Of a stretch of 32,000 nucleotides of DNA, positions 1 to 8,512 are shown piece after piece. The DNA lies in the NCBI RefSeq assembly GCF_037902255.1, contig NZ_CP147990.1:4320001-4352000 (forward strand), read 5' to 3'. Under the pieces are notes generated by a model. The model did not search any database and had not been told where the DNA came from. It saw nothing but the letters and a program-made list of their open reading frames with translations. The translations under genes and the position numbers were made by a program. Position 1 is the first letter of the stretch. Every line of letters begins with the position of its first letter. This DNA is from Candidatus Electrothrix sp. GW3-4 (GTDB lineage Bacteria; Desulfobacterota; Desulfobulbia; Desulfobulbales; Desulfobulbaceae).

Positions 1-239
1 TTGGGACAGCAGGGAAGTGCTGTTTTACTGTCTTATAGTGGAGCCCTGTTGCTTTACACTGAGAAAATGGGTGCGTATGTCTTGATATTATTTTCTTAAA
101 CACAGCAGGAGGGGCTTGGCAAGGACAAAATGCCTTGCAGACCATATGGGGCATAGGAGAGGCAGGCAGGAAAACAAGAGCCTGTCTTATCTGTACTGTT
201 ATGACCTCTCCTTTTCTCTCCCCAAGAAATTAATCGCTT

Positions 240-277
240 GCTACCCCCTATGAATATTGCTACCCCCTATGAATATT
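240..277. repeat. Perfect 19-bp tandem direct repeat (gctaccccctatgaatatt x2, no spacer)
   Basis: Read directly: unit 1 = 240-258, unit 2 = 259-277, identical. Each unit ends in the palindrome AATATT. Lies upstream of the small ORF at 348 and of acr3. Confidence 0.95.
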
Positions 278-347
278 TATGCCATAAGATACCTGCTCCT
301 CACTCTTTTCAGAGGAAAACGTATTATAGTGGTTAACAGGAGGAAAT

Positions 348-464
348 ATGGATAAGATACGGTTATATTGCTGGCAGTTTGCCAACTGCAATCGTGAGCC
401 CGGAGGCGAGAAGAGCTCATTCCCAGGTAAGCAAAGGATGGGGTCTGTTGTGATGATTTTATGA
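348..464 (+). CDS. 38-codon ORF with a two-CW-domain-like N-terminal half (possible truncated remnant or small peptide)
   Basis: Below the ORF-track cutoff. AGGAGG at 338-343, ATG at 348, TGA at 462-464. Translation is MDKIRLYCWQFANCNREPGGEKSSFPGKQRMGSVVMIL. CWQFANCNREPGG fits the C-W-x-[FY]-x-x-C-x-R-x-P-G-G opening of two-CW domains as I recall them. The second CW half is absent. Confidence 0.3.
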   Translation: MDKIRLYCWQFANCNREPGGEKSSFPGKQRMGSVVMIL

Positions 465-503
465 GAAAAATATTGTTGACCAGTCGTGGTTGAGGAGGAG
501 ATT

Positions 504-1616
504 ATGGCGGAGAAGAAACTCTCTTTTTTTGAGCGCTACCTGAGCGTCTGGGTGCTGCTCTGTATCGGAGGCGGTATCCTGCTGGGCAAGGCTGTACCGG
601 AAGCCGCAGCGGCCTTGAATGGTTTTGCTGTTTATCAGGTATCCATCCCCATTGCTGTCTGTCTTTTTTTTATGATGTACCCCATCATGGTCAAGATCGA
701 CTTTGCCCAGGTGCTGCGCTCAGCCAGGACACCTAAACCGGTGCTAATGACCCTCTTTATCAACTGGGCCATTAAGCCCTTTACCATGTTTGCCATTGCC
801 TATTTCTTTTTGGGCTATCTGTTCAGGGGGTTCCTGCCCGGCACAGAAGTGCTGGCCAACGGTGAAGAAGTGGAGTTGTGGCGGAGTTATATTGCCGGGG
901 CCATTCTGCTGGGTATTGCCCCCTGTACCGCCATGGTGCTGATGTGGGGCTATCTTGCCAAGGGCAATGACGGCCTGACCCTGGTCATGGTGGCGATCAA
1001 CTCGCTGATGATGCTCCTGCTCTACGGGCCCCTGGGCGGCCTGCTGCTCAATGTCAATGCCATGCCTGTTCCCTGGCAGACCATGCTCTTGTCGGTGGCA
1101 ATCTATGTTGCCTTTCCCTTATTGGCAGGCTACCTGACCCGGAAGTGGATCATCAGCCGCAAGGGGATAGACTGGTTTAATGCAAAGTTCCTCCATCGCC
1201 TGACCCCGGTCAGTATAACCGCCCTGCTCTTTACCTTGGTACTGTTGTTCTCCTTTAAGGGGGAGATCATCATCGCTAACCCCCTCACCATTGTCTGGAT
1301 TGCCATCCCGCTCTTTGTCCAGACTATTGTCATCTTTGTCCTGGGCTATTTTGTCCTGGCCCGGTGGCTGGGGCTTTCCTACCAGGATGCAGCACCTGCT
1401 GCCCTGATCGGGGCCTCAAACCATTTTGAGGTGGCCATCGCAACAGCGGTTATCCTCTTTGGCTTATCCTCTGGTGCGGCTTTAGCCACAGTGGTGGGGG
1501 TACTGATAGAGGTGCCGCTGATGCTCATGTTGGTGGCTGTCTGTAAACGTACAGCGCACCTTTTTGGTGAGGGCGATCGGGATGAATCCCCTTATATGGC
1601 CAAACCAACGGAATAG
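504..1616 (+). CDS. acr3: ACR3-family arsenite efflux transporter (bile acid:Na+ symporter superfamily)
   Basis: ORF 486..1616. I prefer the ATG at 504, which is preceded by GAGGAGG. Polytopic hydrophobic protein. The N-terminus [25 protein letters not shown] and overall layout are typical of ACR3/ArsB-type permeases. Confidence 0.85.
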   Translation: MAEKKLSFFERYLSVWVLLCIGGGILLGKAVPEAAAALNGFAVYQVSIPIAVCLFFMMYPIMVKIDFAQVLRSARTPKPVLMTLFINWAIKPFTMFAIAYFFLGYLFRGFLPGTEVLANGEEVELWRSYIAGAILLGIAPCTAMVLMWGYLAKGNDGLTLVMVAINSLMMLLLYGPLGGLLLNVNAMPVPWQTMLLSVAIYVAFPLLAGYLTRKWIISRKGIDWFNAKFLHRLTPVSITALLFTLVLLFSFKGEIIIANPLTIVWIAIPLFVQTIVIFVLGYFVLARWLGLSYQDAAPAALIGASNHFEVAIATAVILFGLSSGAALATVVGVLIEVPLMLMLVAVCKRTAHLFGEGDRDESPYMAKPTE

Positions 1617-1628
1617 GAGGGGGGCGTT

Positions 1629-1883
1629 TTACTCGTAAAGGGTTGCCCCAATGAGCATGTCTGCGAATAGCTGCCAACTGGGAGTGTCGGCATTGATGTC
1701 CTCTCCATTTCTTTGCAAAGAGCCAGGAAGATCTTCAGTGTACCATGTCAATGCCTCAAGAAAGTTTTCCAGGGTTTCGTTTTCCCAGGTGGATCTTTCA
1801 TGCAGGTAGGTGTGATAAAGAAAACGGAGAAAACGAACAAAATCTTCTCGGGTCTTAATGTTGCTGGTGTCGTAATTGATCAT
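1629..1883 (-). CDS. Small soluble hypothetical protein (84 aa)
   Basis: ORF convergent with acr3. No TM segment. The REDFVRFL...WENETLENFLEAL...PSWQLFADML pattern resembles a widespread small family of unknown function. No function can be assigned from sequence. Confidence 0.55.
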   Translation of the reverse strand: MINYDTSNIKTREDFVRFLRFLYHTYLHERSTWENETLENFLEALTWYTEDLPGSLQRNGEDINADTPSWQLFADMLIGATLYE

Positions 1884-1965
1884 AGTGCACTGTGGCTAAT
1901 TGGTAGGGGTAATCATGTCCTAAGTAAGGGTTTGCTGATGATTGCATAAAACGTGCCTCGTCCTT

Positions 1966-2268
1966 TCATGCCTTAATGAGCGTCCATATCCCGATAGCAA
2001 TAAAGCCTGTGCCAGCAAGATAGTGGAGATGTCGTTCACTGATATACTGAGAAAGAAGGCCACCAACAAGCACCCCTAGGCCAGAGGTCACAATTAAGGC
2101 CAAGGAGGCCCCGAGAAACACGATGAGTTTGTTGGCTTCTTTATCTGCGGCAAAGAGCATGGTTGCCAGTTGGGTTTTATCGCCAAGTTCCGCGATAAAG
2201 ACCGTTATAAAGACTGCGAAGAAAACGTTATTGTGCAAGGCCCTAACCTCTCGTCTCATTGAAGTCAA
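1966..2268 (-). CDS. Half-size UPF0016 (TMEM165/GDT1) family membrane protein
   Basis: 100 aa with three hydrophobic segments. Carries one copy of the family signature E-x-G-D-K-T (ELGDKTQLAT). Confidence 0.8.
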   Translation of the reverse strand: MTSMRREVRALHNNVFFAVFITVFIAELGDKTQLATMLFAADKEANKLIVFLGASLALIVTSGLGVLVGGLLSQYISERHLHYLAGTGFIAIGIWTLIKA

Positions 2269-2532
2269 ATAACTCAGGCAATTGCTGCTCGTTTCCTTCC
2301 CTCTGCTGCCTACCTAGCAAGATACCCTGCTCAGCTGGAGCCCGCAAGCCCTTTAACAGCGCCTTCTCCCAAGAGAATCAATCCTCATGGCGATAAAAAA
2401 TGTCTACATACGTAAGAGATGATGGTTTTGTAAAAAGTCCAATTTTGCGAAAAATCGTACTGTAACTCGTTGAGTTGCTGTCAGTGATTTGCTAATTTCT
2501 GACTTTTCACAAAACCATCTTGCTTGGCCATG

Positions 2533-2560
2533 AAAAAAGGGCGGACATGGACGTCCGCCC
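2533..2560 (-). terminator. Rho-independent terminator downstream of the nitroreductase gene
   Basis: The minus strand reads GGGCGGAC-gtccat-GTCCGCCC followed by TTTTTT (plus-strand A-run 2533-2538). It lies 64 nt after the stop at 2624. Confidence 0.75.
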
Positions 2561-2623
2561 CTGGTGTTTCTGTGCTTAGAGTGGGGATGGGGTGAATGCG
2601 CTTCTCTGCCGATCAGGGAGGCC

Positions 2624-3286
2624 CTACTCCACAAAGCTGGCAATCTCTTCCACCGGGCTGCGCTGGGTGCGCAGGCCATTGGCTGGATCCTCTTGATCTG
2701 GATAGCCCATAGAGATCCCCAAGACCAGTCGTTTGTCCGCCGGGATAGCCAGGTACTCTTTAATCTGCTGGGCATAGTCAGTGACAAAGGCCTGGGGTAC
2801 CGTGCCTATGCCCTTGGCCTGGGCAACCAGCATCAGGGTCTGGGCAAAGAGGCCCAGATCAAAGAGGGACCAGGGTGATAGGGAACTGTCCTGATAAAGA
2901 TAGATGGCATGGGGGGCGCCGTAGAAAGAGAAGTTGGCCTTCCTGGCCCTGGTGATGATCGCCGGATCATTGAGATCCATGCCGGTGTAGGTCGTGCGCT
3001 GGCTTATGAGGCGGTCAATGCGGGCTTGTTCTGTCTCAGGCCAGGATGCTGGGGCAGGAAGGTCTGGACAGAAGGGGGTGCCGTTGTCCAGCAGCTCAAT
3101 CATCATTTCTGAGAGGCCTTGTTTTTTTTTGCCAGAAACCACCATGACCTGCCAGGGCTGACTATTCTTATAAGAAGGACTGCGGCAGGCCGTGGTAATA
3201 ATCTCTGTCAGCAGATCTCGGGGGACCGGTTTGTCCTGAAAGGCCCGGATACTGCGCCGGTTAGTGATGCAGGTGAGGGCGTCCAT
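2624..3286 (-). CDS. Nitroreductase family protein (FMN-dependent)
   Basis: 220 aa. The N-terminal TNRRSIRAFQDKPVP motif and overall length are typical of NfsB/NfnB-like nitroreductases. Confidence 0.8.
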   Translation of the reverse strand: MDALTCITNRRSIRAFQDKPVPRDLLTEIITTACRSPSYKNSQPWQVMVVSGKKKQGLSEMMIELLDNGTPFCPDLPAPASWPETEQARIDRLISQRTTYTGMDLNDPAIITRARKANFSFYGAPHAIYLYQDSSLSPWSLFDLGLFAQTLMLVAQAKGIGTVPQAFVTDYAQQIKEYLAIPADKRLVLGISMGYPDQEDPANGLRTQRSPVEEIASFVE

Positions 3287-3314
3287 ATCTCTTTCTCCTT
3301 TGTATGTAAAATGG

Positions 3315-3342
3315 GTAGGGGCACGGCGCGCCGTGCCCCTAC
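3315..3342. repeat. Perfect 28-nt GC-rich palindrome GTAGGGGCACGGCG|CGCCGTGCCCCTAC (REP-like element)
   Basis: Read directly. Sits in the 68-nt gap between two minus-strand genes. Related copies occur at 4670-4785. Confidence 0.9.
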
Positions 3343-3354
3343 GGACCGTTCTGT

Positions 3355-4644
3355 TTAATGCTTAAACGACCGCTGACCAGTGAACATCATGGCTACCTGG
3401 GGTGATGCCTCGTTACAGGCCTCGATGGTGGCATAGTCACGCATGGAACCACCTGCCTGAAGAATAGCGGTGATACCCTCGCGAATACCCACATCAGCGC
3501 CATCCCGGAAGGGGAAAAAGGCATCGGAGATCATGGTGGAGCCGGGCAGCCCCCCCCGATCCGCCTTGACCTTGGCATCAATGGCTGCTTTATCGCCAGC
3601 ATCCCGCTTGCCTTGTTCAATTTCCAGGGCCAGATCGGCATAGGGGATACCGAACTGATCAAAACAAATGATGTCGGCATATTTTACATAGGCCTTATGG
3701 ACCGCGATTTCAGCCACACCTACGCGATCCTGCTCACCCGTCCCGATACCGGTGGTGCAACCGTCCTTGACGTAGATAACTGAGTTGGAGGTGACCCCGT
3801 GTTCCACGGCCCAGCCAAAGATCATGTCATCCAGCTCCTGCTGCGTCGGTTGGCGCGCACAGGCGTATTCCTGGCCCTTCCAGGTTGCAGTGGCTGGTTT
3901 CAGGTCCGCAGCAGAACGGATAGAATTAACAGCAGACTGCTGAATAATGATGCCACCGTCAATCAGAGACTTAAAGTCAACAAAGCGGTACTTCTCAAAG
4001 TCAGCCAAGCGGTTGATGCCGTCCATGCGGATAACCCGCAGGTTCTTGGCCTTGGCCAGGATCTCCAGAGCGCCGTCCTCGAACTCAGGGGCACAAACAA
4101 CCTCCAGGTAGTTCTGGCTCATCAGTTCTGCCGTTGCCTTGTCAATGGCCTGGCTGGTGATCACGGCCCCACCAAAGGCAGCAATGCGGTCGGCCCGGTT
4201 GGCCTTATTATAGGCATCTGCCAGGTTCGCACCCACAGCAGCACCACAGGGGTTATTATGCTTGAGGATAACAGCGGCTGGTTTATCGACCAGATACTTA
4301 ATGATGTTGAGGCCATTGTCCACATCGGTGAGGTTGATTTTCCCTGGGTGCTTACCCACCTGGAGCATATCCTCTACGCTGATACCACTGACCAGAGCAT
4401 TACCCGGTTCAATGAATTTGCAGTCACCAAGGGCCAGGTTACCATTGACCAACTCATACAGAGCTGCTTCCTGATCCGGGTTTTCGCCGTAGCGGATACC
4501 GCGTTCGTCTACACCCCCGTCTTCCGTGGGTATGGCCCAGGTCCGCTTACGGTAGACCAGGGTCTGGTCGCCAAAGGAAACGGTCATATCCATGGGAAAG
4601 GAATCACCGAGGATGGTTGTGTACATTTTCTTGATGTCGCTCAT
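3355..4644 (-). CDS. AICAR transformylase-domain protein (PurH-like, lacking the N-terminal MGS/IMP-cyclohydrolase domain)
   Basis: 429 aa. RYGENPDQ matches the PurH AICARFT-domain opening motif LRYGENPHQ. The C-terminal FTGQRSFKH matches the PurH C-terminus. Only about 50 unrelated residues precede the AICARFT domain. Confidence 0.8.
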   Translation of the reverse strand: MSDIKKMYTTILGDSFPMDMTVSFGDQTLVYRKRTWAIPTEDGGVDERGIRYGENPDQEAALYELVNGNLALGDCKFIEPGNALVSGISVEDMLQVGKHPGKINLTDVDNGLNIIKYLVDKPAAVILKHNNPCGAAVGANLADAYNKANRADRIAAFGGAVITSQAIDKATAELMSQNYLEVVCAPEFEDGALEILAKAKNLRVIRMDGINRLADFEKYRFVDFKSLIDGGIIIQQSAVNSIRSAADLKPATATWKGQEYACARQPTQQELDDMIFGWAVEHGVTSNSVIYVKDGCTTGIGTGEQDRVGVAEIAVHKAYVKYADIICFDQFGIPYADLALEIEQGKRDAGDKAAIDAKVKADRGGLPGSTMISDAFFPFRDGADVGIREGITAILQAGGSMRDYATIEACNEASPQVAMMFTGQRSFKH

Positions 4645-4669
4645 GATAGTGCTCCGGGTTGTCTTGGGG

Positions 4670-4785
4670 GTAGGGGTACGGCGCGCTGTCCCTACCGGAA
4701 TTGCAAAAATTTTCGGTCAGACACAGAGGTCTGCCCCTACATACTTCCTGGGAAATAAAGGGCGAACACAGGGGGCGCCCCCTAC
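4670..4785. repeat. Cluster of three hairpin units, each ending in CCCCTAC (REP-like)
   Basis: Unit 1, 4670-4695: GTAGGGGTACGGCGCGCTGTCCCTAC, a degenerate copy of the 3315 palindrome. Unit 2, 4718-4740: CAGACacagagGTCTGCCCCTAC. Unit 3, 4760-4785: GGGCGaacacaggGGGCGCCCCCTAC. All lie in the divergent purH-like/glyQ intergenic region. Confidence 0.8.
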
Positions 4786-5174
4786 AGGCTTTCCTTCCTT
4801 GACGGACAGGGAATTTCAATTGTATAAGATGCCTTCTTGCAGAGAGCTTCTTTATACGAAAGTGCCGGGTGATTCCTTGGAATCGCCTAACCAATTTTCA
4901 TGTTTTGTTGTCCCACCCCAGGGGGTGGGATGGGGTTATATGAAAGCTCAAAAAGATAACGAGTATAATAGGAACAGAATTGGTTGCCAAGGGAGAAAAT
5001 GGGCAGAAAGTGCGCTGTTGCTGTAGCGCAGCCCTGTTTGGGTTGGGCAGGGACGACAAAATCATTTACCCCCTGTGCCTGCTGTGTTAGATTAGCAACT
5101 ATTTATACTGTTACTTCGGGTTTGTTCATTATCTCCGGGTGAGAAAAACCTCAGCAAGCAAGGGAGTGTCCATC

Positions 5175-6062
5175 ATGTATTTTCAAGATATTATCGCGGC
5201 CCTGAATAGTTACTGGGCCTCTGCTGGTTGCGTGATTATGCAGCCCTATGACATGGAAGTTGGTGCCGGAACCTTTCACCCGGCCACCCTGCTCAAGGCC
5301 CTGGGGCCGGAACCCTGGAAGGCGGCCTATGTCCAGCCCTCCCGTCGTCCCACCGATGGGCGTTACGGCGAGAACCCCAATCGCCTGCAGCATTATTATC
5401 AGTACCAGGTGGTGATCAAGCCCTCCCCGAGCAATGTGCAGGAGATGTACCTGGAGAGCCTCAAGGGCTTTGGTCTCAACCTGCTGGAGCACGATATTCG
5501 CTTTGTTGAGGATGACTGGGAGTCCCCCACCCTTGGGGCCTGGGGCCTGGGTTGGGAGGTCTGGCTTGACGGCATGGAGATCACCCAGTTCACCTATTTC
5601 CAGCAGGCCGGTTCCATTGATCTCAAGCCCATTACTGTAGAGATCACCTATGGCCTGGAGCGGATTGCCATGTATCTCCAGGAAAAGGAATCGGTCTACG
5701 ATATCCAGTGGAACGAGGAGGTGACCTACGGGGATATCTTCCTCCAGTCTGAGAAAGAGTTTTCAGCCTTTAATTTTGAAGAGGCCCGGGTGGACGACCT
5801 GATCACCAGCTTTGACAACTATGAGCGCGAGGCCTTAAAGCTGGTGGAGAAGGACTTGATCCGCCCGGCCTATGATTACTGCCTCAAATGCTCCCATACC
5901 TTTAATCTGCTGGATGCCCGTAAGGCCATCTCTGTTGCAGAGCGCACCCGTTATATCGGGCGGATTCGCAATATCGCCCGTCAGGTGGCCCAGCATTTTG
6001 TGGCCCAGCGCGAGGCCATGGGCTGGCCCATGTTAAAGGAAAAGGTCGCAGAACTGGCATAG
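5175..6062 (+). CDS. glyQ: Glycine--tRNA ligase alpha subunit
   Basis: ORF 5139..6062. I prefer the ATG at 5175 (AGGGAG 8 nt upstream), giving [15 protein letters not shown]... The protein is colinear with GlyQ ([30 protein letters not shown]). Confidence 0.93.
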   Translation: MYFQDIIAALNSYWASAGCVIMQPYDMEVGAGTFHPATLLKALGPEPWKAAYVQPSRRPTDGRYGENPNRLQHYYQYQVVIKPSPSNVQEMYLESLKGFGLNLLEHDIRFVEDDWESPTLGAWGLGWEVWLDGMEITQFTYFQQAGSIDLKPITVEITYGLERIAMYLQEKESVYDIQWNEEVTYGDIFLQSEKEFSAFNFEEARVDDLITSFDNYEREALKLVEKDLIRPAYDYCLKCSHTFNLLDARKAISVAERTRYIGRIRNIARQVAQHFVAQREAMGWPMLKEKVAELA

Positions 6063-6074
6063 GTTCTTAGCCGC

Positions 6075-6374
6075 ATGATCGACACTGAAGAGAGGGCGTT
6101 GTCCATGACCTGGCAGGAGATAGGAGCCTTTATTGTCCATCGTTTTGTGGCCCTGGTGACTGGCCTGGTCATCATCGCCATTATCCTCCCCAGTATTCTG
6201 CCCCCGGAGATGCTTCCACCTGACGCGGGTTGGCTGGCCCGCCATGCAAGGCCCCTGTATATCTCTGTAGTCCTTGCGGAGATGGCCCTGGTTTTCCAGT
6301 ATTGGTCAAAGAAACTACAGACTATCGGCTGGGTGCTTTTGGCGGTGAACTTTATTATGGTGGCCCTGGGCTAG
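6075..6374 (+). CDS. Small hypothetical membrane protein (about 3 TM)
   Basis: 99-aa ORF starting 12 nt after glyQ. Hydrophobic segments include FIVHRFVALVTGLVIIAIILP and IGWVLLAVNFIMVAL. No recognisable family. Confidence 0.5.
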   Translation: MIDTEERALSMTWQEIGAFIVHRFVALVTGLVIIAIILPSILPPEMLPPDAGWLARHARPLYISVVLAEMALVFQYWSKKLQTIGWVLLAVNFIMVALG

Positions 6375-6488
6375 GATTGACGATAAGGCCGACGCGAGGA
6401 CTAAAGCGTCGTAAGAAGAGAAAGGCTGAGTAAAGAAAGTACTCAGCTCTTGGAACAGAAACTAAGCGGAACAACTCGTCGTTAGATT

Positions 6489-8447
6489 ATGACCACCTAT
6501 ATAACCACCCCCATCTATTACGTCAACGCCATGCCCCATATCGGGCATGCCTACACCACTATCGTTGCTGATACCTATGCCCGTTTTCGTCGCCTCTGCG
6601 GTGATGATGTTCGTTTTCAGACCGGCACAGATGAGCATGGTGAAAAGATTGTCCAGGCCGCTGAAAAGGAAGGCGTCACTCCGCGCGAGTATGTTGATCG
6701 CATTTCTGCTTCCTTTCGTGATACCTGGCCAGACCTGGATATCGCCCCGGATAATTTCATTCGCACCACAGATGAAGATCATATCAAGCTGGTACAGGAT
6801 ATCCTGCAAAAGGTCTATGATGAAGGGGATATCTATTTTTCCGAGTACTCAGGTCATTACTGCAAGGGTTGCGAGCGCTTTCTCACGGAAAAGGAGTTGG
6901 TGGACGGCAAATGCCCGGACCACCTCACCGTACCCGAGGAAATCAGTGAACAGAACTATTTTTTCCGTATGTCCAAGTACCAGGACTGGCTGATTGAGCA
7001 TGTTGAGAGTAATCCTGAATACATCACCCCGGAGCGCTACCGCAATGAGGTGCTCTCCTTTCTCTCTGAGCCACTGGAGGATCTCTGCATCTCCCGGCCC
7101 TGCTCCCGCCTGACCTGGGGGATTCCTCTGCCCTTTGATGAGAATTTTGTCACCTATGTCTGGTTTGATGCCCTGATCAACTACCTGACCGGGATCGGCT
7201 ACCCAGACGGCTCCTGTTTTGATTACTGGGCCGCTGCCGAGCATGTGATTGCCAAGGATATCCTCAAACCCCATGCTATTTACTGGCCAACTATGATTCG
7301 GGCAATGGGGCTGCCTCCGTATCGACGCTTGCATGTCCACGGTTACTGGAATGTGGATGAGACCAAGATGTCCAAGTCCCTGGGCAATGTGATTCGTCCT
7401 GGGGAGCTGGTGGAAGAATACGGGGTGGACACGGTACGCTATTTCCTCCTGCGGGAGATGAGTTTTGGTCGCGATTCTTCTTTTTCTACAGACGCTTTGG
7501 AATCCCGCCGCAACTCAGACCTGGCCAATGACGTGGGTAATCTCTTTTCCCGGGCCCTAACCATGCTGGCCAAGTATGCCGACGCTACCGTACCAGAGCT
7601 TGATAAGGCCACCGTGACCGAGGAGGATCGGATCCTGGTGGACGCGCTGGAAAAGATGGTGGCGGACTACACTGCCTTCATGAACGCCTTTGAGTTCCAC
7701 AAAGCCTTGCAGTCAATCTGGGAGGTGATCGGTATGCTCAACCGTTTCATTGTCACCAATGCCCCTTGGGAACTGGCCAAGGAGCCGGACCAGGCTGGCC
7801 GTCTGAACACGGTCCTCTATTTCCTGGCCGATAGTCTGCGTCTCCTTGCCCTGGTGCTCCGTCCGGTCATGCCCAGTGCAGCCAGCAAGATGGCGGCGGC
7901 CCTTGGCCTGGAAGAAAAACTGGCTACAGCGGTGCTGGCAGAAGAGGGCTGTTGGGGCGCGATGTCGGCAGGCACAGTGCTCAAGCAGGGTGAGGCCCTC
8001 TTTCCTCGTTTGGCAAAGAAGAAACAACAGCAGCCTCCGGCCCAAGAAAAAAAGCAGGGCAAGAAGGGCAAGGTTAAGAAGCAAGAGGCTGCCCCGGAAA
8101 TTGATATGGAAGGGCTGATCACCTTTGAGCAGTTCGGTGAGGTCGAGTTGCGGGTAGCGGAGATCGTCACAGCAGAGAAGATCAAAAAGGCCAAGAAACT
8201 GCTCAAGTTGACGGTTAAGGCCCCGGAGGAGCGGACTCTGGTGGCCGGTATTGCCCTGTTTTACAGCCCGGAAGAGCTGGTAGGGAAAAAGGTGATCATC
8301 GTAGCCAACCTGAAACCGGCTAAGCTGATGGGCATTACCTCCCAGGGTATGGTGCTGGCCGCCAAGGAGGTCGATGCGGACGGCAATGAGCGCTTAGTGC
8401 TCTCCACCGTGGCTGGCGATATTGCGCCGGGGGCGAGGGTGGCGTAG
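6489..8447 (+). CDS. metG: Methionine--tRNA ligase with C-terminal tRNA-binding (Trbp111/EMAP-like) domain
   Basis: Has the class I HIGH motif (PHIGHAYT), the KMSKS motif, and a CxxC...C zinc knuckle (CKGCERF...CPDH). A Lys-rich linker precedes the C-terminal OB-fold region VELRVAEIV...A...KLLKL. Confidence 0.95.
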   Translation: MTTYITTPIYYVNAMPHIGHAYTTIVADTYARFRRLCGDDVRFQTGTDEHGEKIVQAAEKEGVTPREYVDRISASFRDTWPDLDIAPDNFIRTTDEDHIKLVQDILQKVYDEGDIYFSEYSGHYCKGCERFLTEKELVDGKCPDHLTVPEEISEQNYFFRMSKYQDWLIEHVESNPEYITPERYRNEVLSFLSEPLEDLCISRPCSRLTWGIPLPFDENFVTYVWFDALINYLTGIGYPDGSCFDYWAAAEHVIAKDILKPHAIYWPTMIRAMGLPPYRRLHVHGYWNVDETKMSKSLGNVIRPGELVEEYGVDTVRYFLLREMSFGRDSSFSTDALESRRNSDLANDVGNLFSRALTMLAKYADATVPELDKATVTEEDRILVDALEKMVADYTAFMNAFEFHKALQSIWEVIGMLNRFIVTNAPWELAKEPDQAGRLNTVLYFLADSLRLLALVLRPVMPSAASKMAAALGLEEKLATAVLAEEGCWGAMSAGTVLKQGEALFPRLAKKKQQQPPAQEKKQGKKGKVKKQEAAPEIDMEGLITFEQFGEVELRVAEIVTAEKIKKAKKLLKLTVKAPEERTLVAGIALFYSPEELVGKKVIIVANLKPAKLMGITSQGMVLAAKEVDADGNERLVLSTVAGDIAPGARVA

Positions 8448-8512
8448 CGGGAAGTGGTCGTTTCTGAGCTGGAGCGTAGGAACGGAAAAAAGTTCTTTAA
8501 AGAGACGTTGGA

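Noticed and set aside
2269-2420. A possible yybP-ykoY Mn2+ riboswitch upstream of the UPF0016/GDT1 gene.
   Set aside because: I read the minus strand of the leader and did not find the conserved GGGGAGUAG, UUGACAUA or AGCAAGACC elements. A covariance-model scan would be needed to exclude a divergent copy.
4592-5026. ORFs 4592..5026(+) and 4604..4894(-) in the purH-like/glyQ intergenic region, and ORF 3119..3358(+).
   Set aside because: They are read across the GC-rich CCCCTAC hairpin repeats, giving peptides such as GRGTARRAPT and VGVRRAVPT. They have no RBS and no family resemblance. They are most likely repeat-induced spurious ORFs.
4645-5138. A possible ZTP (pfl) riboswitch upstream of the PurH-like gene.
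   Set aside because: The highly conserved 3' element CCGCCUGGGC is absent on the minus strand. A GGCGA...CACCCGG stretch near 4865-4890 is only a superficial resemblance.
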